Shown here: positions 48,845 through 62,002 of the stretch, piece by piece
Layout of the letters: every line of letters starts with the position of its first letter
How positions within the stretch are numbered: position 1 is the stretch's first letter
DNA from: Chiloscyllium plagiosum
Taxonomy: Eukaryota
Assembly (NCBI RefSeq): GCF_004010195.1
Contig: NC_057758.1
Coordinates: forward strand, 463,598-527,597
DNA: 64,000 nucleotides
Direction: 5' to 3'
Notes under the pieces: model-generated
What the model was told of the DNA's origin: nothing
What the model saw: only the letters and a program-made list of their open reading frames with translations
The model's database searches: none
Position numbers and translations under genes: made by a program

Positions 48845-50287
48845 TGGTAAAGATAAAGCCTGCTGCTGCTGGAAACGAGATTCTAGATGAGTGGTGCTGG
48901 AAAAGCACAGCGGTTCAGGCAGCATCCGAGGCACAGTAAAATCGACGTTTCGGGCAAAAGCCTTCACCAACACATTCCACCCTGACCTTAAATTTACCTG
49001 GACCATCTCTGACATCTCCCTCACCTTCCTAGGACCTTTCCATCTTCAGTAACGACGACCCACTTGACACCGACATTTTTTACAAACCCACCGACTCCCA
49101 CAGCTACCTCGATTTTACCTCTTCCCACCCTACCTCCTGCAAAAATGCCATCCCCTATTCCCAATTCCTATGCCTCCGCCGTATCTGCTACCAGGAGGAC
49201 GAGTTCCACCACAGAACACACCAGATGGCCTCCATCTTCAGAGACCGAAATTGTGCTCCCTACGTGGTTAAAGATGCCCTCCAACGCATGTCATCCACAT
49301 CCCGCTCCTCCGCCCTCAGACCCCACTCCTCCAACCGTAACAAGAACAGAGTCCCCCTGGTGCTCACCTTCTACCCTACCATCCTTCGCATAAACCAAAT
49401 CATCTGCCGACATTTCCGCCACCTCCAAACGGACTCCACCACCATGGATACATTTCCCTCCTCACCCCTTTCTACCTTCCGCAAAGACTGTTTCCTCCGT
49501 GACTACCTGGTCATATTCACGCCCCCCAAAAACCCACACTCCCATCCTTGCATATTCCCCTGCCACCGCAGGCATTGCAAAACCTGCGCCCTCACCTCCT
49601 TCCTCACCTCCATCCAAGGCCCGAAAGGAGACTTCCAGATCCATCAAGGTTTTGCCTGCACGTTCACCAATATCATTTATTGTATCCGTTGCTCTCGATG
49701 CAGTCTCCTCTACATTGGGGAGACTGGACGCCTCCTAGCAGAGCGCTTTAGGGAACATCTCTGGGAGACCCGCACCAATCAACCACACCGCCCTGTGGCC
49801 CAACACTTCAACACCCCTTCCCACTCTGCCGCGGATATGGATGTCCTGGGCCGCTTTCACCGCCGCTCCCTCACCACCCGACGCCTGGAGGAAGAACGCA
49901 TCAACGTCCGCCTGGAACACTTCAACCCCAGGACATCAATGTGGACTTCAACAGTTTCCTGATTTCCCCTTCGACCACCTCATTCCAGTTCCAAACTTCC
50001 AACTCAGCACTGTCCCCATGACTTGTCATATCTGCTGATCTTCTTTTCCACCTATCCACTCCACCCTCCTCTTTGACCTATCGCCTTCATCCCACCCACA
50101 GCCACCCATTGTACTCTTTGCTACCTTCCCCCAACCTCCTCCCTGACCTATCACCTTCATCCCCACCCCCACTCACCTACTGTACTCTATGATACTTTCT
50201 CCCCACCCCCACTCTTCTCTCATTTATCTCTTCACCATTCAGGCACTCTGCCTGTATTCCTGATGAAGGACTTTTGCCCGTCGCGTC
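48845..50287 (+). mobile_element. Neptune-type PLE: inverted pLTR (48866-48966), RT C-terminus, Cys linker, GIY-YIG endonuclease, 3' end; 15-bp TSD
   Basis: DIFYKPTDSHSYL; ORF 49225..49962 PCHRRHCKTC..IIYCIRCSRCSLLYIGETGRLLAERFREH; TACTTTCTTCCTCCT at 48830-48844 and 50288-50302. Confidence 0.92.
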
Positions 50288-50309
50288 TACTTTCTTCCTC
50301 CTCACAATG

Positions 50310-53300
50310 CATGGCAGGTGACATACGTTCCAGGTGAAGCAGCGTTGTACCCTGTGGTCGTTCCCCTCAACAATAAGTATACCGCTTTGGAAACTGTTGG
50401 GGGGAAGGCCTAGCAGGGGTAAGCTGCAGTGACCGGTTCTCTGGCACGAGGTCCAGTTCTGAGGCTCAGAAGGGAAAGGGGGAGAGGAGGAGAGCGCTAG
50501 TTATAGGAGACTCTATAGTGAGAGGGACGGACAGGCGGTTCTGTGGACATGGGCGAGACTCTTGGATGGTTTGTTGCCTCCCGGGTGCCAGGGTCCGAGA
50601 CATCTCGGACCGTGTCTTTAGAATCCTTAAGGGGCAGGGTGTGCAGCCAGAAGTCGTGGTGCACGTTGGCACCAACGACATAGGTAGGAAAAGGGGTGGG
50701 GAGGTCATTCAGGAGCTCAGGGAGTTAGGCTGGAAGCTAAAAGCTAGGACGGACAGAGTCGTCATATCTGGGTTGTTGACGGTGCCACGTGACCTGTACA
50801 AGCAGGACGGGTTGCACCTGAACCAAAAGGGCACCAATATCCTGGGAGGTAGGTTTGCTAGCACTCTTCGGGGGGATTTAAACTAATTTAGCAGGGGGAT
50901 GGGATCTGGACTTGTAGTCCAGCAAGTAAGTTAGCTGTTTGTCCGGATGTCTAAGAATGTAGGGAGACTGTGGAGGAAGTAGCACTGACAGGGAATACTT
51001 GCGGACACAGAGATGGGTTCAAGTGTGTATACTTTAACGGAAGGAGTATCAGAAATAAGGTGGGTGAACTTAAGGCGTGGATCGGTACCTGGGACAACGA
51101 TGTTGTGGCCATCACGGAAACGTGGATAGAGAAGGGACAGGAATGGTTGTTGGAGGTTCCTGGTTACAGATGTTTCAGTAAGATTAGGGAGGGTGGTAAA
51201 AAAGTAGGAGGTGGTGGCGTTGCTAATTAGAAATTGTATAACGGCTGCAGAAAGGCAGTTCGAGGGGGATCTGCCTTTGGAGGTAGTATGGGCTGAAGTC
51301 AGAAATACGAAAGGAGCAGTCACCTTGTCAGGTGTTTAATATAGACCCCCCAATAGCAGCAGAGATGTGGAGAAACAGATTGGGAAACAGATTTTGGAAA
51401 GGTGCAGAAGCCACAGGGTAGGAGTCATGGGCGATTTCAACTTCCCAAATATTGATTGGAAGCTCTTTAGATCAAGTAGATTGGATGGGACGGTGTTTGT
51501 GCAGTGTGTCCAGGAAGCTTTTCTAACTCAGTATGTAGATTGTCCGACCAGAGGGGAGGCCATATTGGATTTGGTACTTGGTAACGAACCGGGATAAGTG
51601 ATGGGCTTGTTAGTGGGTGGGCATTTTGGTGATGGTGACTACAATTCTGTGACTTTCACCTTGGTTATGGAGAGAGAGAGGTGCATGCAACAGGGCAGGT
51701 GTTACAATTGAGGGAAGGGTAAATAGGATGCCGCAAGACAGGATCTGAGGAGCATAAATTGGGAGCATAGGCTGTCAGGGAAGGATCTCGTGGAAATGTG
51801 GAACTTTTTCAAAGAACAGATACGACGTGTCCTTGATATGTATGCACCTGTCAGGCAGGAAAGAGATGGTCGTGTGTGGGAACCTTGGTTGACGAGGGAG
51901 GTTGAATGTCTTGTAAAGAGGAAGAAGGAGGCTTACATAAGGTTGAGGAAACAAGGTTCAGACAGAACATTGGAGGGATACAGGATAGCCAGGAGGGAGC
52001 TGAAGAAAGGGATTAGGAGAACTAAGAGAGGGCATGAAAAATCTTTGGCGGATAGGATCAAAGATAACCCCAAGGCATTTTATGCGTATGTGAGAAACAT
52101 GAGAATGAGGAGAACGAGGGTAGGTCCGATCAAGAACAGTAGTGGGAGACTGTGTGTTGAGTCGTAAAAGATAGGAGAGGTCTTGAATGAGTACTTTTCT
52201 TCAGTACTTACAAACGAGAGGGACCGTATTGTTGAAGAGAAGAGTGTGAAACGGACTGGTAAGCTAGAAGAGATACTTGTTAGGAAGGAAGATGTGTTGG
52301 ACATTTTGAACAACTTGAGGATAGACAAGTCCCCCGGGCCTGACGGGATATATCCTCGGATTATGTGGAAGCAAGAGAGGAATTTGCAGAACTGTAGGCA
52401 ATGATCTTTTCGTCTTCACTGTCAACGGGGATGGTACCAGAGGACTTGAGAGTGGCGAATGTTGTGCCCCTGTTCAAAAAAGGGAATAGGGATAACCCCG
52501 GGAATTACAGGCCAGTTAGTCTTACTTCGGTGGTAGGCAAAGTAACAGAAAGGGTACTGAGGGATAGGATTTATGAGTATCTGGAAAGACGCTGCTTGAT
52601 TAGAGACAGCCAGCACGGATTTGTGAGGGGTAGGTCTTTCCTTACAAGTCTTATTGAATTCTTTGAGGCGGTGACCAAGCATGTGGATGAGGGTAGAGCA
52701 GTGGATGTAGTGTACATGGATTTTAGTAAGGCATTTGATAAGGTTCCACATGGTATGCTTATGCAGAAAGTCAGGAGGCATGTGACAGAGGGAAATTTGG
52801 CCAGTTGGATAGAAAACTGGCTAACCGGTCGAAGTCAGAGAGTGGTGGTAGAAGGTAAATATTCAGCCTGGAGCCCAGTTACAAGTGGAGTTCCGCAGGG
52901 ATCAGTTCTCTGCTGTTTGTAATTTTTATTAATAACTTGGAAGAGGGAGTCGAAGGGTGTGTCAGTAAATTTGCAGATGATACGAAGATTGGTGGAGTTG
53001 TGGATAGTGAGGAGGGCTGTTGTCGGCTGAAAAGGGACTTAGATATGATGCAGAGCTGGACTGAGGAGTGGCAGGTGGAGTTCAACCCTGCCAAGTGTGA
53101 GGTTGTCCATTTTGGAAGGACAAATAAGAATGTGGAATACAGGGTTAACGGTAGGATTCTTAGTAAGGTGGAGGAGCAGAGGGAGCTTGGGTTCTATGTT
53201 CATAGATCTTTGAAAGTTGCCACTGAGGTGGATAGAGCTTGTAAGAAGGCCTATGGTGTATTAGCATTCATTAGCAGAGGGATTGAATTCAAGAGTCGTG

Positions 53301-54173
53301 AACTAATGTTGCAGCTGTACAGGACCTTGCTTAGGCCACACTTGGAGTACTGTGTGCAGTTCTGGTCGCCTCACTTTAGGAGAGATGTGGAAGCTTTGGA
53401 GAGGGTTCAGAGAAGATTTACCAGGATGTTGCCTGGAATGGAGAATAGGTCGTACGAGGATAGGTTGAGAGTGCTAGGCCTTTTATCATTGGAACGGCGA
53501 AGGATGAGGGGTGACTTGATAGAGGTTTATAAGATGATCAGAGGAATAGATAGAGTAGACAGTCAAAAACTTTTTCCCTGGGTACAACAGAGTGTTACAA
53601 GGGGACATAAATTTAAGGTGAAGGGTGGAAGGTATTTAGATTAGATTAGAATTAGATTACTTAGAGTGTGGAAACAGGCCCTTCGGCCCAACAAGTCCAC
53701 ACTGACCCGCCGAACCGCAACCCACACATACCCCTGCATTTACCCCTTCACCTGACACTACGGGGAATTTAGCATGGCCAATTCACCTGACCTGCACATC
53801 TTTGGACTGTGGGAGGAAACCGGAGCACGCGGAGGAAACCCACGCAGACACGGGGAGAACGTGCCAACTCCATACAGTCAGTCGCCTAAGGCGGGAATTG
53901 AGCCCGGGTCTCTGGCGCTGTGAGGCGGCAGTGCTTACCACTGTGCCACCGTTCCGCCCTAGGGGGGATGTCAGGCGTAGGCTCTTTAACCAGAGAGTGG
54001 TGGGGGCATTGAATGCGGTGCCTGTGGGAGTGGCAGAGTCAGAATCATTGGCGACCTTTAAGCGGCAATTGGATAGGTACATGGATGGATGCTTAAGCTC
54101 GGACAAATGTTCGGCACAACATCGTGGGCCGAAAGGCCTGTTCTGTGCTGTATTGTTCTATGTTCTATGTTCT
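50310..54173 (+). mobile_element. Long CR1 LINE: SGNH esterase ORF1 (~50400-50886), APE-RT ORF2 (~51020-54090), tail; inactivated
   Basis: VIGDSIVRG, VHVGTNDI, DGLHLN; AITETW, MGDFNFP, MDFSKAFDKVPH, GVPQGS, KFADD; (GTTCTAT)n tail; stops and frameshifts. Confidence 0.95.
53636..53959 (-). mobile_element. HE1-like V-SINE, full length, nested in CR1
   Basis: A box TGGCACAGTGG, B box-like GGCTCAATTCC, tail; CR1 frame KGGRY|RGDVR resumes after it. Confidence 0.95.
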
Positions 54174-54189
54174 ACCTATAATTCAGTCA

Positions 54190-54865
54190 AAGGCTGTATT
54201 TGATGCTCGCAATGTCTTCTCCACTACTTTGCAGAGACGAAGTGCAGACAGCTTTGAAAGCTTTGCAGAACACCTATTGTTGTCCGAACAAATGACCCTG
54301 AGCTTTCTATTGCTTGATTCACTTCAACATGCCACCGTGTACTTCGAACAATGTCTGAGTCCCCAGCATTGCTGCAGTGCTCCAGTGATGTTCAATGGAA
54401 ACTGAAAAAAAGGAGCTTCACTTTCCATTTGGGAACTTTGCATTCTTACGAATTTCATACCCTTTGCAACAAATTTAGCACCTGAGCACATTTCCTCCAT
54501 TTCCCACAACCTCACACACATGAGGCTTTGTCATCGCATTTGCTGCTCCCACACCTTGACTGATAGCCAGCCATGAACTTTCCCAATTGGCAGTAATGCA
54601 TTTCCACAGACTGACCATTAACCGTTCGTTCATCTGTACAACGTTTATTTTTTTCTATGTATATAAGTATCAATCTGACGTTAACTAACCCTTCACATAT
54701 CCCGAACCCTGCGCCGATTTTCTGGACTGACAAACATCCTGTTCCGAGCTACCATCTATTCTGAAGAAGGTTCACTGGAATCGAAACATGAACTCCAATT
54801 TTTCTTCAAAGATGCTGCCACAGCTGCGAAGAATATCCAGCAATTTCTGTTTCTGTTTCAGATTT
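54190..54865 (+). mobile_element. Old Neptune-type PLE 3' fragment with decayed hammerhead (54758-54793)
   Basis: GIY-YIG-like remnant (ETKCR..FAEHL); CTGAAGAAGGTTCACTGGAATCGAAAC. Confidence 0.6.
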
Positions 54866-54894
54866 ATGATATGCACCGTTCTTTCGGATATTCT

Positions 54895-55580
54895 TTCAGA
54901 CAAACAACGTTACACGGATATGAATGACTAACTCACTTGTCACGTAATCTTACTTAAAAAAGTCTCGCAACTGAAAACCAGTCTTCTCAAATCATTGAGG
55001 ATTATGACAGCCCATAAACCGACTGCCATGGTCAGGCAAGAATTCACAAGGGCAAAATACCTTTTAAACATCATGTGCCAGGCAAACGTTATTTACAAGA
55101 TTCCATGCAAATCTGACACGCAACACTATACACGACAAACATGGAGACAACGAGTAATCCACATCCTCAAGCACCAACTAACCACAAAACGCCATGACCA
55201 GCTGTCCCTAGTGGCGACACACACACAAATGGCAAGGACCACATATACGATTGGGATAACAGGAAAGAAAAAAAACACAGGGCAGTCAGAGAATTTCTCG
55301 AAGCACAGCAATAATCCACGGATCCCATCAACCATCACATAGACCTAGATACAACATACCATCCACTATAACAGACAATTGTAACCACCAACCGGAAACA
55401 GCAGAAACACAACCAAGTAAATTCCAGAAGTGACAGTGCAGCAGTGCTTCAAACGTAGTCGCGGAAGCACTGAAGATGTCACCAGACAGGGAACGAAACG
55501 TCTGCAAATGACCTTCCTAGCTGCATGAACATGACAGCTGGTGCCATAGCTGCAAATTTCCACGTAAACCGCTAACAAGC
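54895..55580 (+). mobile_element. Poseidon/Penelope-type PLE 3' fragment
   Basis: ORF 54995..55342 AHKPT..NVIYKIPCKS..YTRQTWR..HQLTTKRHDQLSLVATH. Confidence 0.8.
55467..55505 (+). ncRNA. Minimal hammerhead motif (stem II partly mismatched)
   Basis: GCA CUGAAGA U GUCACC-AGACA-GGGAAC GAAA CG UC^UGC. Confidence 0.6.
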
Positions 55581-56409
55581 TATTTCAAAAATAACAAAAA
55601 AACCCGACAGCGTCAATTAAGTGTCGATTTCATAGAATGCTGACCATTAAGTAGGATTGAGACATCAACTGAACAATATGATTCGTTGGCTTCTGCCTAC
55701 GAACACCTCTTTATTTTTTTGAAAGAAAGTACAAATGTCTTAATAAAGTGGCATACATTCTTCTAATTATTTCATCAATGTTGTTAGGGTGACTGCCTCC
55801 ACCATCCCTATCGGCACTGAGTTCCAGATTACCACTTGCCGCTGGTTGAAAGTAAGTTGCGCATTCCATCTGAATGTTCTACCCTTCATCTATGCATCCG
55901 GACATTCATCCCTCCGACAAGGGGAACGGTTTGTTCATGTCCAAATTATCTATTCCTCTCATAATTCCTGCATCTCAATCATGTCCACTCTCAATCTCAT
56001 TTCTTCTGCGGAACGGATCTGTAGTTTGTTCAATATCTTTCATAACTGGATCTCATCATCACAGAAAAAACACTAGCCAATCTCCTTAGCACGACCACCA
56101 ATCCACTGCGTTCAATCCGTCCTGTCATGTGCATTCCAGAAGTGCGCATAATGCTCTCGCTGTGGTCTGAGCAACATTTTATATAGTTCCAGCAAAACCG
56201 TTTTCATGGAGTGCAATAATTGATCCAGAAATTTGGTCAGGCCCTGAAGGATATGCTGAGGCTGGACAGTGCCCTCAGCAGCTCAGCTGGTCAGGAAAAC
56301 GTTGGTCTTTACACTCACAGACCTGAAGCCGGTACAGCCGATCACTTCCACAAGGATGAGCCACAGACATGACTTCAGCTATGAACACCAAGCCCACTTG
56401 CCCATCTTG

Positions 56410-57150
56410 CTGTTGAGAAGGTCTGATCCCCGATGAAGAGGGGTTGTCGTACAAGGACCGGTTGCATAGGTTAGGCCTACAATCATTGAATTTTAGAAGA
56501 ATAAGAGGCGAGCTTATTGTATTAACAAGATTCTAAATGGACCTGACAGGGAAGATGAGGACAGTGTTTTTAATTCCCCTTGTGGGAGTGTCTTAGACCA
56601 GAGGATATCCACTCTGAATAAGGGATCGTCAGGCAGAGATTAGATTACTTACAGTGTGGAAACAGGCCCTTCGGCCCAATAAGTCCACAATGACCCTCCG
56701 AAGAGCAACCCACCTAGACCCATTCCCCTACATTTACCCTTTCACCTAACACTATGGGCAATTTAGCATGGCCAATTCACCTAGCCTGCACATTTTTGGA
56801 CTGTGGGAGGAAACCGGAGCACTCGGAAGAAACCCACGCAGACACGGGGAGAATGTGCAAACTCCACACAGGCAGTTGCCTGAGGCGGGAATTGAACTTA
56901 GTACTCCTGGCATGTGAGGCAGCAGTGCCACCGTGCCACCGAGATGAGGAATACCTTTATTCAGTTGGTACTGAACCACTTGAATTATTTTCCGCAGAGG
57001 GCTGTGCTCTGATTTGGTGCTAAAATTTATTCTAGCCTGTGATACAGAGATCTTTAATCGTGGATTATGGGGAAATTGCGGGATATTGGAGTTGAGGCTG
57101 CTCAGACCAGCGACGATCACTTTGAGTGGCACAGACGTCTCCTTGGGCAC
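56410..57150 (+). mobile_element. CR1 3' fragment interrupted by a SINE
   Basis: GLSYKDRLHRLGLQSLNFRRIRGELI motif. Confidence 0.7.
56637..56940 (-). mobile_element. HE1-like V-SINE
   Basis: Same family; GAGAT on both flanks. Confidence 0.92.
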
Positions 57151-60100
57151 TCCAACTGTGACAAGAATATCACCTTTGAGCAAAGGAGAACAAACTTACA
57201 TGTACTAGTCCAGATGCGAGCGTACGGCGGCGCTGTTTTACTTCACTGAGACATCTCTACGTTTGAACTCCAAACCTCTTGCAATGAATGGCAACATGAC
57301 ATTTCCGTGCCATTTGGCTTGCCGCAAATCAGACAGTTATTAAATTCTTGTTCCACAATGAGGGCACAGTTTGGAAGAAATTTGAGAATGTTGATCAGAT
57401 AGGATCGTGATTGATTCGGCATCAACATCGAAGAAAACATCAGCAGCTCATATGAGATGTTAACAATTGGGAAACAACTATTGGTGGTTTAACCTGGGGG
57501 TCACCAAAACTATGGTGAGGATACAACATGAGAAAATGGGAGCTGCATGATACTAATGAGTTGTGTCATGAAATTTAAGACATCCATTGTACGTTTAAGA
57601 AAGAATGAATGTCATTTTGCTCTGAGACCTCATAAGCACCTGCCATATGACTAGCTTGCAGTCTCAAAGTGCAGTGCGACTTGAAAATTTGTAACATTTG
57701 ACTGGGAAATAGAAATCTGATATGTTGCTGTTTTGACAACAATTCGAATTTAACCACTCAGTTTGAAGTATGCCTCGGGATACTAAAACCCAATCAACTT
57801 TGAATTTATTGATTTTGACAAACTCGAAGAAATGAGGCGATTCGACGTTTGGTATATGAACAAGTCTCTTGAACGCCTGATAGAGTAAGACTGCCATTCT
57901 AAAACACATTATGCCAGAGGTACGTTTTTTTATATGAAACATCTTTGCAGTAAAAGACAGAAGTCGACCGAGAGAGATATCCAATCGAAATAAGAAGGAC
58001 ACCAGAGACGACAGCCGCTATGTGGTTTTGAAATTAAGTTGATGTAATTTGAGCAAGGATGGTTATTGGAACACTATATTGTTATTGAATTGGAGGCAGA
58101 TAACAAACAGTGAAGAAAAAGGGGGACTTAGAGTTGTGAATAGTTGTTGTACAATTTTCACTTTTAGACTTAAGGAACAAATTAATATTATCTTCTTTAA
58201 ATAATGGAATTTCGGAATTCTCTGTAACTCATTTTAAAAGACTATGAAGCGAGTTGAGCTTTTCTGGGTTTAATTAGCAGAAGGGTTCGCCATCATGTGG
58301 TAACAATGTGTGAGCTCATCCAGGATATGTACAGGTTTAGACAAATGAAGTCTATGATCTGGTCAGTTTTGAATAGATACAGGGTATGAAAGATCCCAGC
58401 AGATTTCAGAACATGCTGATTAATGTCGTTTATCTTTAAAACAAATGAAGGTGAGAAATTTTGTTTAATTTCGGTTACTTTTCGTTGGTTAAATTTAAAG
58501 TGAGAGAAAAGGCACTTAAAATTGCTAAAGAGGTTCTGGGGTTTGAAGATGACTCCCAAATTTTCGAAGTAAGTATAGAAAGATAGAAGAAGGCCACACT
58601 TTTAGAATTAGCAAATATGTTAGACTTGGGCCTAACCAGGGACCAATGTAAAACTGAAGTTGTAAGAGACTTAGTCGAGCACTTAGCTTTATCAGTGACA
58701 CAAGCAAGTGCACTAGAGTTGAAAAACCTAAATTACAATTGAGGAAAATGGAGTTTGAAGATAATGAAAGGAAAAGAACGTTCTTAGTTGAACAAAGAGA
58801 AAGACAAGACAGAGAAAAAGAGAGATAAGAAAGAGAAAGGCAGAGAGAATTTCAACTTCAGAATTTGCTCATTAGTCTGGAGAGTCAAGTCAACCGCATG
58901 GAGATGACGAGAGAAACTACTGATTAATGCAAATACGCTAAAACATTGCAACATTATGAAGAGAAATATGTTGAAGCATTCTTCATTTCATTTGAAAAAA
59001 TGCAGCGGCAGACGGAGTGGCCAGACAAATTGTGGGTATTGCGAATTCAGGCTTACCCAGTATGCAAAGATAGTTAGGTATTTGCAGCGCAGTTAGTTGA
59101 TGGGTCAATAGAATGTGCATCTACCAAACAGGCTATTTTGAGTGATTATTAATTTGTACCAAAAGCGTATAGACAGCGGTTCAGAAATATACAGAAGGAA
59201 ACAAGTCAGATTTATGTCGAGATCAAAGAATTTAACAGAGCAATTTGCAAGATTTGTGAAGGTTTGTCGCTCAGGTTGAGGTTTAGGGTGTAGGTTTGCT
59301 CGTGAGCTGTAGGTTTGATATCCAGACATTTCATTAACCAGCTAGGTAACATCATCAATAGCGACCTCCAAGTGAAGTGAAGCTGTTGTCTCCTGCTTTC
59401 TATTTATATGTTTGTTCTGGATGGGGTTCCTGGGGTTTGTGGTGATGTCATTTCCTGTTCGTTTTCTGAGGGGTTGATAGATGGTATCTAGATCTATGTG
59501 TTTGTTTATGGCATTGTGGTTGGAGCGCCAGGTCTCTAGAAATTCTCTGGCATGTCTTTGCTTAGCCTTTTCCAGGCTAGATGTGTTGTCCCAGTCGAAA
59601 TGGTGTTTTTTTTTTTTGCTCCGCGTGTAACGCTATGAGGGAATGTCTTTTTGTGGCGAGCTGGTGTTCGTTTATCTTGTTGGCTAACGTGCTTCCTGTT
59701 TGTCCCTACGTATTGTTTGTGGCAGTCCTTGCATGGAATTTGAAGACGACATTGGTTTTGTCCATGGGTTGTACTGGGTCTTTTATGTTTGTTTGTTTTT
59801 TGTTTGAGAGTGTTGGTAGGTTTGTGTGTTATTAGGATTCCGAGTGGTCTTAGTAGTCTGGCTGTCATTTCTGAAACTTCTTTGATGTATGATAAGGTGG
59901 TTAGGGTTTCTAGCTATATTTGGTCTGCTTGTCGTGGTTTGATCTTGAGAAATCTGTGGACTGTATGTTTTGAGTATCCATTCTTCTTGAATATATTGTA
60001 TAGGTGGTTCTCCTCTGTTTTCCGAAGTTCGTCTGTGCTGCTGTGTGATGTGGCTCGTTGGAATAGTGTTCTGATACAGCTTCGTTTGTGTGGGTGTTGG

Positions 60101-60650
60101 GATGGTTGCTGGTGTAGTTATGTATTTGGTCAGTGTTTGTCGGTTTTCTGTAAACGCAGATTTGTAGTTCTCCGTTGTCTGTTCTTGCCACTGTGACGTC
60201 CAGGAATGCGAGTTTGTTGTCGGTTTCTTCCTCCTTGGTGAACTTTATGCCTGTGATGATGTTAAATGTCTCTTCTATCTTGTTTCATTTTGTGATGCCA
60301 AAGGTGTCATCTACATAGCGGACCCAGATTTTGGTTTGATGGTTGGTAGGGCTGTTTGTTCTAGTCTTTGCATTACCGCTTCTGCTATGAATGCTGATAG
60401 AGGAGATCCCATGGGTGTGCCGTTGGGTTTGTTTGTAGATTATGCTGTTGAAGGTGAAGTGGGTGGTGAGGCACAGGTCCACCAGCTTCCTGATGTATTC
60501 GTTGGTAATGTGATTGATGGTGGTTGGGGTGTAATTGAGGGTCTCTTCTAAATGTGTGGTAAGTATTTCCTTTGGAAGGTCGAGGTTGATGGAGGTGAAC
60601 AATGCTGTTACGTCAAATGAGATCATTGCTTCGTCTTCCTTTATTTTTTT

Positions 60651-60969
60651 TTAGATTAGATTACTTTACAGTGTGGAAACAGGCCCTTCGGGCCAACAAG
60701 TCCACACCGACCCGCGGAAGCACACCCACCCAGACCCATTCCCCTACATTTACCCCTGCACCTAACAATACAGGCAATTTAGCGTGGCCAATTCACCTAA
60801 TCTGCACATTTTTGGAGTGTGGGAGGAAACCGGAGCACCCGGAGGAAACCCACGCAGACACGGGGAAAATGTGCAAACTCCACACAGTCAGTCGCCTGAG
60901 GCGGGAATTGAACCCGGGTCTCTGGCACTGTGAGGCAGCAGTGCTCACCACTGTGGCACCGGGCCGCCC
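60651..60969 (-). mobile_element. HE1-like V-SINE nested in the PLE RT
   Basis: Full-length copy with tail. Confidence 0.95.
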
Positions 60970-62002
60970 ACCGGTTTTTGATGATTTTTTAAGGAATTCC
61001 TGGGTGGAGTGAATGGAGTGCTGTGACTCTTCTACTCGGTATTTCAGTCTTGCGTGTAGTTCTTTGGCGAGTCCGTAAGTTGGTGTTCCGGGTACTGAGA
61101 CTATGGGTCTGAGGAGGGCTCCTGGTTTATGGATTTTTGGTAGTCCATAGATTCGTGAGGTGTTGGCCCCATCTGGTTTCATTTTTATGGAAAACGGTCT
61201 CGTTTAATTGTCCTGTATTGTGTAATTTTCTTAGGAGATATGAAATTTTGTTTCCTAGTTGTGGGGTCGGGTCTAGCGCCACCTATTGGTAGGGTTTAGT
61301 GTCTGCGTGTAGTGCATCGGCTTCCTTTGTGTAGTCCCTTCTGTTCAGAATGACTGTGAGCCGACCTTTGTCTGCAGGTAACATAACGATGTTTTTGTCT
61401 TTTTTGAGGTTTTCTAGGGCTTTCTTTTCTTGTGTGTTCAGTTTGTTTCCTTTCCTCTTTCGGTTCAGAGTAGGTGCAACTGTCTGTCTGATCGTTTGTT
61501 GTGTTTCTTCCGTGAGTTTGTTATCCTTCAATGTGGTTTCTAATGCCGATAGGAAATCCTTCTTGACAGCGTCTCGGTAATTGAAATTTAGTCCTTTTAC
61601 TAGTACCACTTTTTCTGTGTCTGATAGTGTTCGGTCTGATAAGTTCTTTATCCATGCCCCTGTGTTATCGGTTTTGTCTTTGTTTGTGAGTTTGTCAAGT
61701 TTTTTCTTCAGGTCCCGATTTTTCTTTTTCTGTGTTTGTCGTTGTTTGGTGTTTATGGCTCATTCTACCGCGTCAGTCCATTCTTGATTTGTCGTTTGTT
61801 TGAATAACGGTTTTTGGCGCGCAATTTCCCGTTTGCATTTTCGGAGTCTGTGGTGGGCATCATTGATTAGTTCTCGGAGCATTCTGCGGCCGCTTCGTTC
61901 TGTTAAACTTCTGGCTTGAGGTGTTTTTATCGGCGGTTTGTATTGAAGACATTTTGGCAAATAGACAGCAGGAGACAACAGCTTTGCTTCACTTGGATGT
62001 CA

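Noticed and set aside
49225..49962. 245-aa GIY-YIG ORF as a domesticated nuclease
   Set aside because: Part of a truncated PLE with frameshifts, pLTR and TSD
53880..53959. tRNA gene
   Set aside because: The A and B boxes belong to the SINE head, and no complete cloverleaf is evident
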